Shown piece by piece: positions 1 to 10,209 of a DNA stretch of 64,000 nt; position 1 is the stretch's first letter, and the number at the start of each line of letters is the position of its first letter. The DNA comes from a virus. The notes beneath the pieces are model-generated. The model saw nothing but the letters and a program-made list of their open reading frames with translations, made no database searches and was not told the origin of the DNA. The position numbers were made by a program, and so were the translations under genes. The stretch lies in IMG/VR virus record IMGVR_UViG_3300038696_000205, positions 1 to 64,000 of that record. The stretch is one strand, 5' to 3'.

Positions 1-110
1 TCAACGCTGTTTCATCGTCTGAATCCAATTCATCACTAACCGCATCAACAACATCCCTAGCCTGTTTAGCTACGGCCTGTGGATTTATTTTTTCCCTAAT
101 ATGTTTCTTC

Positions 111-521
111 TTAATCCTCATCACTTTTTATTTGTTTGTTTGTATTATATTCTAATATTAAATCATTTGCATATAATTTATCATGAACCACTTCTAATGT
201 TTCACCGAACATAAAATGGGTTCTTGTGTCTGGGTATGTATCATAGTCTGAAATATCCTCCCAACCTAATGCAACTATACCGTCAACAGCATCCCAAAGT
301 GCAAATGTATCACTATTTTGAATTAAAGTTATTTTAAAATCCGATGTCAATGTACCAACCCTACTAACTAATTCAGCGTGTGGGGGCGATGGTTGACCAG
401 AAGCTGGATAAACGTCCCAATCGTCACCATCGATATTATCTATTGTACTTGAAAATAAAAATTCATATATATTATTTCCCGTCCAATTAGAACCTATTTC
501 ATTTATGTAGACCAAAAACAT
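111..521 (-). CDS. hypothetical phage protein
   Basis: Intact 136-aa ORF tightly packed with upstream gene; no motif recognised. Confidence 0.8.
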   Translation of the reverse strand: MFLVYINEIGSNWTGNNIYEFLFSSTIDNIDGDDWDVYPASGQPSPPHAELVSRVGTLTSDFKITLIQNSDTFALWDAVDGIVALGWEDISDYDTYPDTRTHFMFGETLEVVHDKLYANDLILEYNTNKQIKSDED

Positions 522-522
522 A

Positions 523-2235
523 TTATTTACTTGCTTTAGGTTTTGGTGCTACTAATGGGTTTGGTTCCCAAATACGTTTTCTCCTTGGTGAAGGTGTTTC
601 AACTGGGGTAATCGTTGGTTTTGTGGTTGGCTCAACCTCATTATCAACTACTTCCTTAATCTTATTTTTAATATAATCCATAATATTCATATTTTCCGTA
701 AATATAGCATTTTTTTTTGAATTATACAAGTTACTTAACTCATTTAATTCAAAACTACCTGAATCATTGGATATTCCAGATTCTAATTTATAAAGAACCT
801 TTAAAATTAAATCATCCATTTCTAAACTTTCACCAGGTTGATTGGTCATCATATTTATTGCCGTATCTATTACATCAGATTTTAAGGCCCATGCCGCCAA
901 CTTAGGTCTATCCAATATATATGACTTAACCTTACCTATTATTCCCTCTTCGTCTTGGTAATTATTAGATAATTTAGCTGAAAGTATTCCGATTACCTCA
1001 ATTAGTTCGGTTACGGCTACCTGGTCAACACTTTCATCCAAACCTGGTTTGGGTATATATGCTCTTAGGTTCTTTTTACCAGTCTTAGCGTCATACTCTT
1101 TCTCAACCTCAATATCGTGTGAGGATTTAACATCTTGACCCAATTCGGAACCTTCACTAACTGGTACACAATTAGGAACTTGTTTTCCACCCTTATCTTT
1201 CATGCCAATTTGCTCATAACCCTTCCAACAAGGACCTTTGGTCTCATTCGTTAAATAGTTACTCACTTCCTCGGTATCATCTGTCGATGTTGATATATGG
1301 TCTTTGGCCCAATCAGCATTTTTAAGTTTTTTCTGTATGGTGGCTTTATCCATCGATAATATTTTATCGGTATCGCTTTTAATGTTCTTAAGATTCTGTA
1401 CGAACATATCTTCACCCTCTGTCATTTTGGAAACTGGTGTTGATGACCACATTTTACATGACCAATATCTAGCTTTCCACTTTGGACCTGGGTTATCACA
1501 ATTATGTCTAGCTCTAAATGCTTTTTTTCTATCTGGGTTATCTCTTTTTATCTCCATGTTAGGGTCACCAAAGTTAACTTTAACTACGTTGCCCTTATCG
1601 TTCTTAACAAATACTTTAAATTTTTTGACATCACCCCTACTTGGTTTGTTCAACTCAACGTCCTTTCCTTGGTATTCCGACTCACGTAGCATATCAATAG
1701 TCTCACCTAAGCCATCATCGCCCTCTAGGTCACCACCTAGGTCCTCAAAGTCGTCCATGCCCTCGCCATCGGCTTCTATGTCATTATCGTCAACGGATAC
1801 TTCATCATCGGCAGCACCAGACGTTTTAACTTTTTTAATTATGTCTTCTTGGTCCTCTTCACTCATTTCAGATGTGTGGGTTGCGGATATAACGGAGTTA
1901 ACGGCAAATTTCTCCAAATCAAAATCTGGTTGCCCACGCTCGTCACTATATTTTCTAAGGGAAGTTCCTAATTTACCCGATAATTGTTGAATAAATTTTT
2001 CTGGGTCTTCGGCTTCACTGGTTTCAATGCCAGCATCGAACGGTTCATCGTCAAATGGTTTTTCATCGTCACCACCATCGTCACCACCAAAATCCTCTAG
2101 GCTACCTAAATCTTCGTCACCACCAGAATCACCAAAAGCTGGCCCACTACTAGGTGCGTCCAGCTTTAGTTTATATTTTGTTTCTTCCTCTAGGTTGTAA
2201 CCATCTTCTTCATCTTGAAAAAGACCAGTAGACAT
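523..2235 (-). CDS. large acidic multi-module phage protein, possibly virion-associated
   Basis: 570 aa; D/E/G-rich N-terminus, FRARHNC..KARYWSCKMW module, PCWKGY..GMK..VPNCVP module, Pro-rich C-terminus; such modules recur in large-phage proteins. Confidence 0.7.
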   Translation of the reverse strand: MSTGLFQDEEDGYNLEEETKYKLKLDAPSSGPAFGDSGGDEDLGSLEDFGGDDGGDDEKPFDDEPFDAGIETSEAEDPEKFIQQLSGKLGTSLRKYSDERGQPDFDLEKFAVNSVISATHTSEMSEEDQEDIIKKVKTSGAADDEVSVDDNDIEADGEGMDDFEDLGGDLEGDDGLGETIDMLRESEYQGKDVELNKPSRGDVKKFKVFVKNDKGNVVKVNFGDPNMEIKRDNPDRKKAFRARHNCDNPGPKWKARYWSCKMWSSTPVSKMTEGEDMFVQNLKNIKSDTDKILSMDKATIQKKLKNADWAKDHISTSTDDTEEVSNYLTNETKGPCWKGYEQIGMKDKGGKQVPNCVPVSEGSELGQDVKSSHDIEVEKEYDAKTGKKNLRAYIPKPGLDESVDQVAVTELIEVIGILSAKLSNNYQDEEGIIGKVKSYILDRPKLAAWALKSDVIDTAINMMTNQPGESLEMDDLILKVLYKLESGISNDSGSFELNELSNLYNSKKNAIFTENMNIMDYIKNKIKEVVDNEVEPTTKPTITPVETPSPRRKRIWEPNPLVAPKPKASK

Positions 2236-2255
2236 ACCATCGGAATGAGTTTCAT

Positions 2256-3041
2256 TTAAGCTTTTTTTTTTAAAAGGGAAATAAGTGTGTTCCTTTCAGA
2301 TTCGTTTAATTTTTCTAAAATTCCATCAATATCGTCACTACCCACAACAGATTCGATTATAGAATCCATTTCAGAGATAGCCTTAGCGATACTATAACCT
2401 TTTTTAGTTTCCTCAACTTCCTCAACGGATTCTTCAACACCATCTAGCATATCATCAATAGCCATTTCATTCTCACTTAACTTAACAGTTTCGAAATCAT
2501 CGGCCTTACCGTCCTTAGCTACATTGTCACCAGATGTTTCAGTATCTTCATCAGCATCGTACTCTAATTTTTCACCCTTCTTATCTACAACATATTCGGT
2601 ATTGTCACCAAATGATTTTGAAGGACTAAGTTTAGCATCAGCCTTTAATGGGTGATGTTCTGAGATTAAGTTATCATCTAAAAAGGTGTTAACATTACTA
2701 CTCACACCCTTAGCTTCGTTAAGACTAATAAACTTTAGGTTTAACATTTTAATTGCCTTGGCATAAGATGGATAAGCTTTATCTTTTTTGTTTTGTAAAC
2801 CACCGATATAATTAAAGCTTTCGGCAACTAAATTAGTTTTACTATTAGCAACCTTTACATAATATTCATGGTTCTCTCTTACGATTGCGTAAATTTTACC
2901 ATCTGGGCCTTCTTTTGTTAGTTCTATTACAGATGGGTTAACACCCTCTTTGATAGGGGTAATATTCATCAAAGACTTCATTCTATCAAGGGTTTGATTA
3001 CCTTTTAAACCCATAGGGTTAATTATATTATTGTTTTTCAT
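2256..3041 (-). CDS. hypothetical phage protein, possibly virion-associated
   Basis: Intact 261-aa ORF with TATTTAT motif upstream. Confidence 0.75.
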   Translation of the reverse strand: MKNNNIINPMGLKGNQTLDRMKSLMNITPIKEGVNPSVIELTKEGPDGKIYAIVRENHEYYVKVANSKTNLVAESFNYIGGLQNKKDKAYPSYAKAIKMLNLKFISLNEAKGVSSNVNTFLDDNLISEHHPLKADAKLSPSKSFGDNTEYVVDKKGEKLEYDADEDTETSGDNVAKDGKADDFETVKLSENEMAIDDMLDGVEESVEEVEETKKGYSIAKAISEMDSIIESVVGSDDIDGILEKLNESERNTLISLLKKKA

Positions 3042-3229
3042 ATTATTTTAAATTTTAATCTATATTAATAAATATATGTTAACATGTAAAAGAACCACAG
3101 GTGTTATAAAAATGTCAGCAAACTTGTTTTTAAAAAACTTATAATCATTTCATTTTATTTTAAACTCGTTATAAAAAGCTCTAGCTATTACCGCTAGGTA
3201 TATATAAGCTAAAATGATAAATAGCTCCC

Positions 3230-3364
3230 TCACGCCTTTGCTAATAGCTTACACTCTTCAACAAAATGAAAATATTCTTGCCACTGAATAGGGTCAGTAT
3301 CTCTTTCTCTGTGAATTGAAAATTCGTCATCAACACTATACCTATTTCTTATTAAATTAATCAA
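3230..3364 (-). pseudogene. truncated paralogue of the C-terminal half of 5364..5645
   Basis: Manual translation LINLIRNRYSVDDEFSIHRERDTDPIQWQEYFHFVEECKLLAKA aligns to IIDLVRQRYSIDEELAIQRQKETKPEQWQEYFDYVEECKLQAK. Confidence 0.6.
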
Positions 3365-3373
3365 AAAATTAAT

Positions 3374-3580
3374 TTAATATTCTTCATCAACCTCAATTCC
3401 ATTTTCGATTAATAACTGCTTCCACACATTTTCATCTAAATAGTAGTCTATCTCATTCCAAGGCGTATCCATACATTGCTCTGGGCCTATAGGCCCATAA
3501 GCCTTAATTTCGCTTCTTAAATCATTCCAACATATAAACCACGTTTGAAATTCTGGGTAACATAATTTTTTATTTTCCAT
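3374..3580 (-). CDS. small hypothetical protein (tail-fibre module)
   Basis: 68-aa ORF following the BspA-like gene. Confidence 0.7.
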   Translation of the reverse strand: MENKKLCYPEFQTWFICWNDLRSEIKAYGPIGPEQCMDTPWNEIDYYLDENVWKQLLIENGIEVDEEY

Positions 3581-3622
3581 ATTTATTTTATTTATTTATT
3601 TACTTGTTTATTTATTTATTAA

Positions 3623-4708
3623 TTAAATTCCACCACCATCTGTGATAGTCCAATTATATGTGTTAATTAATGTGTTACGTGCTGCTTCTGCTGCTCCTCC
3701 TAGCGTGTATTTTGAACCCCCGAAATTTATACTGATTCCGTTAGTTGGTGCTTGCGCTGCCCAGCTTATTAATGTTGCATCGTAGTTTGGTGTGGATAAG
3801 CCATTTGTAAATCTTAAAAATCCGCTAAAAACAAGAACTTGATTTATATCCCAGTTTGCTAGAGAGTAATCAAATAAACGAGCTTCTTGAAACATGTAAT
3901 TTATTTTCGTAACATTTCCAACATTCCAATTTGTAACATCTAATATTGATAAAGATGAGCATGCAAAAAACATATCTTGCATTGTTTGTACATTTCCAAC
4001 ATCCCAATTTTCAACGTTTAATGTGGTTAAAGATGAGCAAAGTCTGAACATAGCTTGAGTATTAATAACACTACTAACATCCCAATTCTCAACGTTTAAT
4101 GTGGTTAAAGATGAGCAATTTAAAAACATTAAACGCATATCAGTCACACTACTAACATCCCAATTCTCAACGTTTAATGTGGTTAAAGGTGAGCAATTTA
4201 AAAACATTGAACGCATATCAGTCACACTACTAACATCCCAATTCTCAACGTCTAATGTTGTTAAAGAAAAACAGTTTTCAAACATCCGAAATAAGCCATT
4301 AGAACTAGAAATAACAGGATAATCGGTAGCAGTCGTATCTAAATTAGAACACCCATTAAATGCTTGTTCAACACTAACATCAAAACTCCCCCAATTAGCA
4401 ATGTTTAAAATCTTATCTTTATCTCCACTATTACCAAACCTACACCCATTAACAACCCCATCCATAGTAATCTCATAGATACCTTGCGTGTCGTAACGGT
4501 GTGAAACCTCTGCTTGGTTATAAGATGTAATTAAATCGCTAGTTCCATCCCCCCAATTAACAACTGCGTTGATAGTGGATGAACTAACTAATGGTAACTT
4601 AAACGTATGGTTATCACTTGAGCCACTGCCTATATTACGAGTGTCAACGGTAAAGATGAACCGCTTATCTTTTAAATTACTTAATATTTGTTGTTGTAAT
4701 AATATCAT
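3623..4708 (-). CDS. BspA-family / DUF285 repeat surface protein with PKD-like N-terminal domain
   Basis: 26-aa repeats WDVSSVTDMxxMFxxCxxLxxLxVEN; VNWGDG..H.Y PKD-like motif; NYD.TLI.WA..YTLGGAAEAARNTL C-terminus typical of the family. Confidence 0.85.
   Translation of the reverse strand: MILLQQQILSNLKDKRFIFTVDTRNIGSGSSDNHTFKLPLVSSSTINAVVNWGDGTSDLITSYNQAEVSHRYDTQGIYEITMDGVVNGCRFGNSGDKDKILNIANWGSFDVSVEQAFNGCSNLDTTATDYPVISSSNGLFRMFENCFSLTTLDVENWDVSSVTDMRSMFLNCSPLTTLNVENWDVSSVTDMRLMFLNCSSLTTLNVENWDVSSVINTQAMFRLCSSLTTLNVENWDVGNVQTMQDMFFACSSLSILDVTNWNVGNVTKINYMFQEARLFDYSLANWDINQVLVFSGFLRFTNGLSTPNYDATLISWAAQAPTNGISINFGGSKYTLGGAAEAARNTLINTYNWTITDGGGI
3925..4290 (-). repeat. 78-nt coding tandem repeat (5 units) in BspA-like gene
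   Basis: (c/t)ccaatt recurs at 3925, 4003, 4081, 4159, 4237. Confidence 0.9.
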
Positions 4709-5361
4709 GCTATTTCACGTTTTTGAAAAATTAGTATTCCTTTTAATGTACCTACATTATCCCACATTTCAGGAAATATGTCATTCCATAAAGTCCCATC
4801 ATAGTCTTCTCCAAATATCTCTAATCCTGTTTGTGTCCAACTTGGTATAAATTCGCCTGTTAATCTAATTTTACATCTTTTAACTTGCTGACCTGTTGGT
4901 GTGTTTGTAAAAGTGAAAGCTGTATCTGCTGTCATTATTAAATGAAAATCACTTGCTAAATTTAAGTCTATATTATAAGTGCCGTTTACAGAACTGGTTG
5001 TTTTTATTCCTATTATCTTATTTTCAGTAGGTGTTAAATTTATACTATCAATATCATCTTTTAAATCTTGAGAAGTTCCTGTATAACCACCTTTATCAGT
5101 TTTAGTATCCAACGAATTTTGAGTTGCCGTACTTATTGGTTTATTTAAATCACTTGTGTTATCAACATTATCTAAACCAACATCTGTTTTAGTAGTCCCA
5201 TGTGGATTTGTACCATCGTCTAGACTTAATTCACTATGTTTATCTAATACTGGAACCGAGGGTGTTGACTTCTCTGAAACTAACTCATAGATATTCTCTT
5301 CAACTACATTAGATGTATTTGATTTAACCCTATTTTGTAATATGTATTTTCTTTTTGCCAT
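4705..5361 (-). CDS. putative tail fibre-associated protein
   Basis: VGLDNVDNTSDLNKPISTATQ motif common in phage tail fibres. Confidence 0.6.
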   Translation of the reverse strand: MAKRKYILQNRVKSNTSNVVEENIYELVSEKSTPSVPVLDKHSELSLDDGTNPHGTTKTDVGLDNVDNTSDLNKPISTATQNSLDTKTDKGGYTGTSQDLKDDIDSINLTPTENKIIGIKTTSSVNGTYNIDLNLASDFHLIMTADTAFTFTNTPTGQQVKRCKIRLTGEFIPSWTQTGLEIFGEDYDGTLWNDIFPEMWDNVGTLKGILIFQKREIA

Positions 5362-5363
5362 AA

Positions 5364-5645
5364 TTATATATTTTTAGCTTGTAATTTGCACTCTTCGACA
5401 TAATCGAAATACTCCTGCCATTGCTCTGGTTTGGTTTCCTTTTGTCTTTGTATTGCTAGTTCTTCATCTATGCTGTATCGCTGTCTAACAAGGTCTATAA
5501 TGGTCTTTTCGTAGTTACTTAGAATACGCTCCACATTTACTGTGTATGTTTCGTTGTCTGCATTTAACACATACCCTTTTACTTCCCATTTTTCAAGGTC
5601 GATACTTGATAAGTCAGCATCTCCGTTTATTTTTTTTACTATCAT
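5364..5645 (-). CDS. small tail-fibre-associated protein
   Basis: RYSIDEELAIQRQ..W.EY..YVEECK motif; sits between fibre-like genes. Confidence 0.6.
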   Translation of the reverse strand: MIVKKINGDADLSSIDLEKWEVKGYVLNADNETYTVNVERILSNYEKTIIDLVRQRYSIDEELAIQRQKETKPEQWQEYFDYVEECKLQAKNI

Positions 5646-5646
5646 A

Positions 5647-7446
5647 TTATTTGTATATTATAAAATCCGCATCACCAGAGCTGACACTTTTAAATCCTAT
5701 TTTAGTGTAGTTCTCTGAATCTGTTATTTCTGAAATACCATTAGTGATAAACGCATTTACAGTGCTTCCAAAAGCTGTAAAAGTCCAACTTCCAGTTCCT
5801 GAACTATCTTTAGTTATTTTTAACTCAAATGACCTAACGTCTACCCTCAAAATACCTATTGGCTGAGTTTGAGATAATAAATTTGTCTTAACTCCTGAAA
5901 TCACCTTACTAAAATTAACTGTTGACCTATTTATATTAATTTCCAAGTAATTATCAGCGTCCTTCATAAGGGCTACATAGAAATTATTAGAACCATCAGA
6001 AGAACCCGGTCTAAATGTTAGGTTGATTGTAACTCTATTTAATGCTACGTCAAAACTTTTAAACCCACCTAAAAGAACGTATGGGTCTCCTTTGTATGTC
6101 TGATTTTCTCCAGTATTACCCCAATTTTCAATAAAAGAATAACCTAATGCCATGCCCAAAGGACTTTTGCTATGTGGTAGTTTTGGTCTCAAAAACTCAA
6201 CCTCCGAAATACTCCTAAACTTAACCCCATCAGCTCGCAGAATATTCCCCGCTGTTGTATTTGTTTCTATTGTTTCTTTATCAACTTTAGTATCCAAAGC
6301 CGTTTCAATTTCACCTGCAAACTCTTCAACGCCTTGTATAAACTCTTTAAATCCTTCTTGTTCAAAAATAGGTCTTACAAATATAATCCCATCAGTCGCA
6401 CCAACTTTTAAAACAATACCAACAACTACTGCCCCTTTTGTTTCTGAATATTCTTTAGTCATTTTACCAGCTTCTGTGTCACTGGCGAAAAGTAACTGCC
6501 CATTGTACCAATTCTCACTTCCACCCGTTGTATCAATATCTTTAACAAATCCAAATGAAGTGACTAAACCTTTTTGCCCTGGTTCTAAATCTTGTGTTAA
6601 AAGTCCAACAAACGAAAAGTTAGGTCCATTACCTGTACTAGCTAAAAATGGAGCCACACAAAAATGTTCATCTATCACATTATTAGCGTAAACTGATGTT
6701 CCATTCAAAATAATTGTAGATGTATCATTCATTACTTGTACATATTGTTCCTTACCAATTTGTTGAGAAACGCCACCGCCCATTCCTAAATCAAGCGTTT
6801 TGTCCTCTGCGCACCATCTTAATTGACCTTCTTGCAAAGGTATATGGTCGTCGCTTAATACATCAAATTTTAGTATATCTATATTCGAATTTAGACCGTC
6901 TATATCTATTTTATTATTTAAAGCGTTCGTTACAGTATTTTGGTCAACACTTCCATCTATATTTTGTCCTAAACTATTATATAATTTGGCTATCCCTTTT
7001 GTTGTAGAGCTTGCATCTGGTATTATATCACCAACACCCTCCAATTCATAAACGTAGAAATATTCTTCGGTCTCTACTAGTCCAAGACTTGCGATATAAT
7101 TTGCAACTATTGCATCTGTTACTTCATTAAATGATGTTAAACCTAAATCGGTTAATGTAAATGGGACTATAATATTCTTTCTACTACCCCCACCACCAAT
7201 ATTTACATAAATGGTACCACTCCATCTATACGTAAGATTTGTATCTAAAGCAACATATATTTTACCATTCTCACCGATAGTTGGGAAAGATGTTAAGTCT
7301 GCATATTCCAATACGTCACCAACCACATTATCTAATAGTTGACTAACTAACCCTTTTTCGGTAATTCCGTTATTCACTACAACTATAAGACTTGATGGGG
7401 TTACCCCTGTTGTCAAATCTAATTCAGTTATTCTCTTATTTGCCAT
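5647..7446 (-). CDS. putative tail fibre / structural protein
   Basis: 599 aa; MANKRITEL start, EYADL.SFP..GE.GKIYVALDTN.TYRW.G..Y motif, ASSTTKGIAKL motif. Confidence 0.65.
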   Translation of the reverse strand: MANKRITELDLTTGVTPSSLIVVVNNGITEKGLVSQLLDNVVGDVLEYADLTSFPTIGENGKIYVALDTNLTYRWSGTIYVNIGGGGSRKNIIVPFTLTDLGLTSFNEVTDAIVANYIASLGLVETEEYFYVYELEGVGDIIPDASSTTKGIAKLYNSLGQNIDGSVDQNTVTNALNNKIDIDGLNSNIDILKFDVLSDDHIPLQEGQLRWCAEDKTLDLGMGGGVSQQIGKEQYVQVMNDTSTIILNGTSVYANNVIDEHFCVAPFLASTGNGPNFSFVGLLTQDLEPGQKGLVTSFGFVKDIDTTGGSENWYNGQLLFASDTEAGKMTKEYSETKGAVVVGIVLKVGATDGIIFVRPIFEQEGFKEFIQGVEEFAGEIETALDTKVDKETIETNTTAGNILRADGVKFRSISEVEFLRPKLPHSKSPLGMALGYSFIENWGNTGENQTYKGDPYVLLGGFKSFDVALNRVTINLTFRPGSSDGSNNFYVALMKDADNYLEININRSTVNFSKVISGVKTNLLSQTQPIGILRVDVRSFELKITKDSSGTGSWTFTAFGSTVNAFITNGISEITDSENYTKIGFKSVSSGDADFIIYK

Positions 7447-7850
7447 TATAAACTTATTTTAAAATTGTTTTCTTGTAATAAATAAAAACCATTTTCTTGC
7501 AATAAAAAATCACCAATTTCTGGGTCAACATTATTAACCTCAACGCAATCAAGCGTTTTAATATCGAATATCTCACATTTTTCATTTGGAAATTCATCAA
7601 AACCTATTAAAAATACATTAACATTGGGATTAATTGACGTTACCACAATTGGGATTTTAAACCCACGGGGTATAGTAACACTTTCCCCATTGATAATTGT
7701 CGTAGTGGTTCTCATTGAATACACTCCATTATAATTATATCTTTGGAAAAGTGCTCTATCGCTTCTATGTACTACATTATTAATCATTAATCGGTAATCC
7801 TGTTTTAATGTCGAACGGTACAGTATATTTATAGATTTGTTTAACTCCAA
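7446..7850 (-). CDS. hypothetical structural-module protein
   Basis: C-terminal LLQENGFYLLQEN motif seen in phage structural proteins. Confidence 0.6.
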   Translation of the reverse strand: MELNKSINILYRSTLKQDYRLMINNVVHRSDRALFQRYNYNGVYSMRTTTTIINGESVTIPRGFKIPIVVTSINPNVNVFLIGFDEFPNEKCEIFDIKTLDCVEVNNVDPEIGDFLLQENGFYLLQENNFKISL

Positions 7851-8055
7851 TTAAATATACACCACTATCATTCGATGTTGTGATAGTTGAAATAATAATG
7901 TCTATAACTAATCCAGGGTCCAATGAAAATTCATCACCATCGTTTATTGTAACAACAGCCGCTGAATCGCTAAATACTTTAAAATATGAATATTCCTCAA
8001 AATTAGCATTATCTACACTATGTATAACCCCCCCTATTAAATTATTAATTGCCAT
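7780..8055 (-). CDS. hypothetical protein
   Basis: 91-aa ORF with TATTTAT motif upstream. Confidence 0.65.
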   Translation of the reverse strand: MAINNLIGGVIHSVDNANFEEYSYFKVFSDSAAVVTINDGDEFSLDPGLVIDIIISTITTSNDSGVYLIGVKQIYKYTVPFDIKTGLPIND

Positions 8056-8091
8056 TATGAATTGTTTAATAATAAATATAATAATAAAACA

Positions 8092-8115
8092 AAAAGCACC
8101 GATTAAGGTGCTTTT
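8092..8115. terminator. intrinsic terminator after thyA
   Basis: AAAAGCACC-N6-GGTGCTTTT inverted repeat. Confidence 0.75.
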
Positions 8116-8133
8116 ATTATTATTATTATTATG

Positions 8134-10209
8134 TTAATTACTTAGTGGCATATTAATTTTACCGTGTGACTTATAACCTACTATTTCAAAATCATCAATA
8201 CTATAAGAATAAATATCTTTAGCTTTATTTAATTTTAATCTAGGTAATTCAAAAGGTTTGTTTAGTAATTGAGTTTTAAGTTCCTCAACATGGTTACTAT
8301 AAATGTGTACGTTAGTTAAATCACCAATAAGTGTTTCTGGAATCATACCGACTTGTTGTGCTAACATTTCTAATAACAATGCATACGATGTAATGTTAAA
8401 CGGTAACCCAAGACCCACATCAACACTACGTTGATGCCATTTAAGTGAAAGTGCTCTTTCTGGTGTTGGCTCCCAATAGTTATTCTCAAAGTCGATAGTT
8501 AAATCATCATTATATTCCATACCAGTTTCATAATTATTACTAAACCATTCCTTATATCTTTCCTTATAAGTTAATTCTCTAGTATAAACCTCAAAGGACC
8601 AATGACAATTATGGTTAATAATATTATTGACGGTATAAGTATGGTTGTTGGCTACTGATAAATTGTATACTGTACCCTCAAAACCATGAATCGTTTCTTT
8701 ATCATATACCCGCAACCAAAGTTTATCACCATCGAAGATAAATTTATCACTATTATTTTTATTCTTTGAGGTTTGAATTGAATAAGTATTATTTTGGTTA
8801 ACTTCTCTACCTTCAATGATAGTTTTTTCTGGTCTATGTTGATAATATAATGAACACTTTAAACCTACTTTAGCATATAATATTTGCATATTAAAAGCAA
8901 TGTTATCAGATATTGTGGTGATACTATAACCATCTTTTGTTTTACAACCATCGGCATCTTCATACCCTTCAATAAATTTAACTATTAATTCTTTTTTCCC
9001 ATTTAATATGAATTCTGGTATTTTTTTATTTTTAGCACCAGAACCGAATTCACTTAAAATCAATTCCCATTTCTTTTGTTTAAAACAATACTTTTTAACG
9101 TTTTCACCAGAGTTAGCCAATTTTGCTAAAGGTACGATACCACCAATCTTCCCATTAATTAACTCAAATTGTGTATCGTTAATACTTAATAATGTTTCAC
9201 CCTTTTCGATTAACCAACCATCACCTAAAAAGTAACCCATTAAATACCATTGTCTTTCGTCATCAATAATTTCTTCATAATTTTTTGATGAAAATTGGTT
9301 TTGTTTTAGTGAGTAATTAATTATAAAGTCTTCTTCCTTTTGTGGTATTGGTATGGCAACATAATCACCATTTTCCATTTCACCAGCATCAATATAACCC
9401 TTACCTTTGATTAAAAATGGGTGATTATGAGTACATTTTATTGGATGAGGGGAACCACAATATCTAAATGACACTAATTTTGTATCATGAACTTTAGTTT
9501 TCATTAACTCATAAACCTCATTATATGAACCATCCTCCGTTAAAACCAAATCACCCTCACGTACTTTTTCAATTGGTATGTATTCACCACTAATTGTTTT
9601 TACTAGAGAACCCTCAACAAAACAAGGTGGTAATGTCATATTCTCAATTTCATCAACGTTCCAGGCACTGACAAGCATTCGTCTACTATCTGGATTAGTT
9701 TTAAGTGTATTTATTAAATCCTGAATCTGATTTACACCAGGATTATCATCGGATGCTCCCCAACCAACCCATTGTTGACCATATATCGGACCAAGCTCAC
9801 CCCACTTATTTGCGAAGTCTTCATTTGTCTTAATTTTATCTACAAACTCGCTCATTGATAAATGTCTAAATTCATTAGGGGCTATTTTTTTATAGTCTGA
9901 ATTATCCATAACCTCACATCTAATTTGTTTTAAATAAGCAGCATAAGAATCGCCATTCCAAATATTAACCCCGTTTAATACTAGGGGTCTAATATTGGTG
10001 CCACCGCTTAAAAACCAAAGTAACTCATAAATAATCCCCTTAGTAAACATTTTCTTTGTCGTTAACAATGGAAACCCATCACGCATGTCTATTTTTAACG
10101 TACTAGAGAATAATGATAATGTACCAGTACCAGTTCTATCACCCTTAACGTCACCATCATTCAATATCTTCCTAACTATTTTTAAATATTTTTTATCTAC
10201 TTTATTCAT
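8134..10209 (-). CDS. thyA: thymidylate synthase ThyA containing an intein
   Basis: DRTGTGT, FPLLTTKK, LGPIYGQQW, NPDSRR..VSAWN, LPP[intein]CH, QRSVDVGLGLPFNI.SY, HIYSNH motifs. Confidence 0.97.
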   Translation of the reverse strand: MNKVDKKYLKIVRKILNDGDVKGDRTGTGTLSLFSSTLKIDMRDGFPLLTTKKMFTKGIIYELLWFLSGGTNIRPLVLNGVNIWNGDSYAAYLKQIRCEVMDNSDYKKIAPNEFRHLSMSEFVDKIKTNEDFANKWGELGPIYGQQWVGWGASDDNPGVNQIQDLINTLKTNPDSRRMLVSAWNVDEIENMTLPPCFVEGSLVKTISGEYIPIEKVREGDLVLTEDGSYNEVYELMKTKVHDTKLVSFRYCGSPHPIKCTHNHPFLIKGKGYIDAGEMENGDYVAIPIPQKEEDFIINYSLKQNQFSSKNYEEIIDDERQWYLMGYFLGDGWLIEKGETLLSINDTQFELINGKIGGIVPLAKLANSGENVKKYCFKQKKWELILSEFGSGAKNKKIPEFILNGKKELIVKFIEGYEDADGCKTKDGYSITTISDNIAFNMQILYAKVGLKCSLYYQHRPEKTIIEGREVNQNNTYSIQTSKNKNNSDKFIFDGDKLWLRVYDKETIHGFEGTVYNLSVANNHTYTVNNIINHNCHWSFEVYTRELTYKERYKEWFSNNYETGMEYNDDLTIDFENNYWEPTPERALSLKWHQRSVDVGLGLPFNITSYALLLEMLAQQVGMIPETLIGDLTNVHIYSNHVEELKTQLLNKPFELPRLKLNKAKDIYSYSIDDFEIVGYKSHGKINMPLSN
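8608..9624 (-). mobile_element. cis intein (339 aa) with LAGLIDADG endonuclease domain
   Basis: Starts CFVEGS after LPP, ends NHN before catalytic Cys; block B CTHNHPF; YLMGYFLGDG and FIEGYEDADG motifs. Confidence 0.95.

Noticed and set aside
717-7007. + strand ORFs 717, 1304, 1504, 4101, 4569, 6152, 6720 and similar short antisense ORFs elsewhere
   Set aside because: Lie fully opposite well-supported genes and have atypical composition
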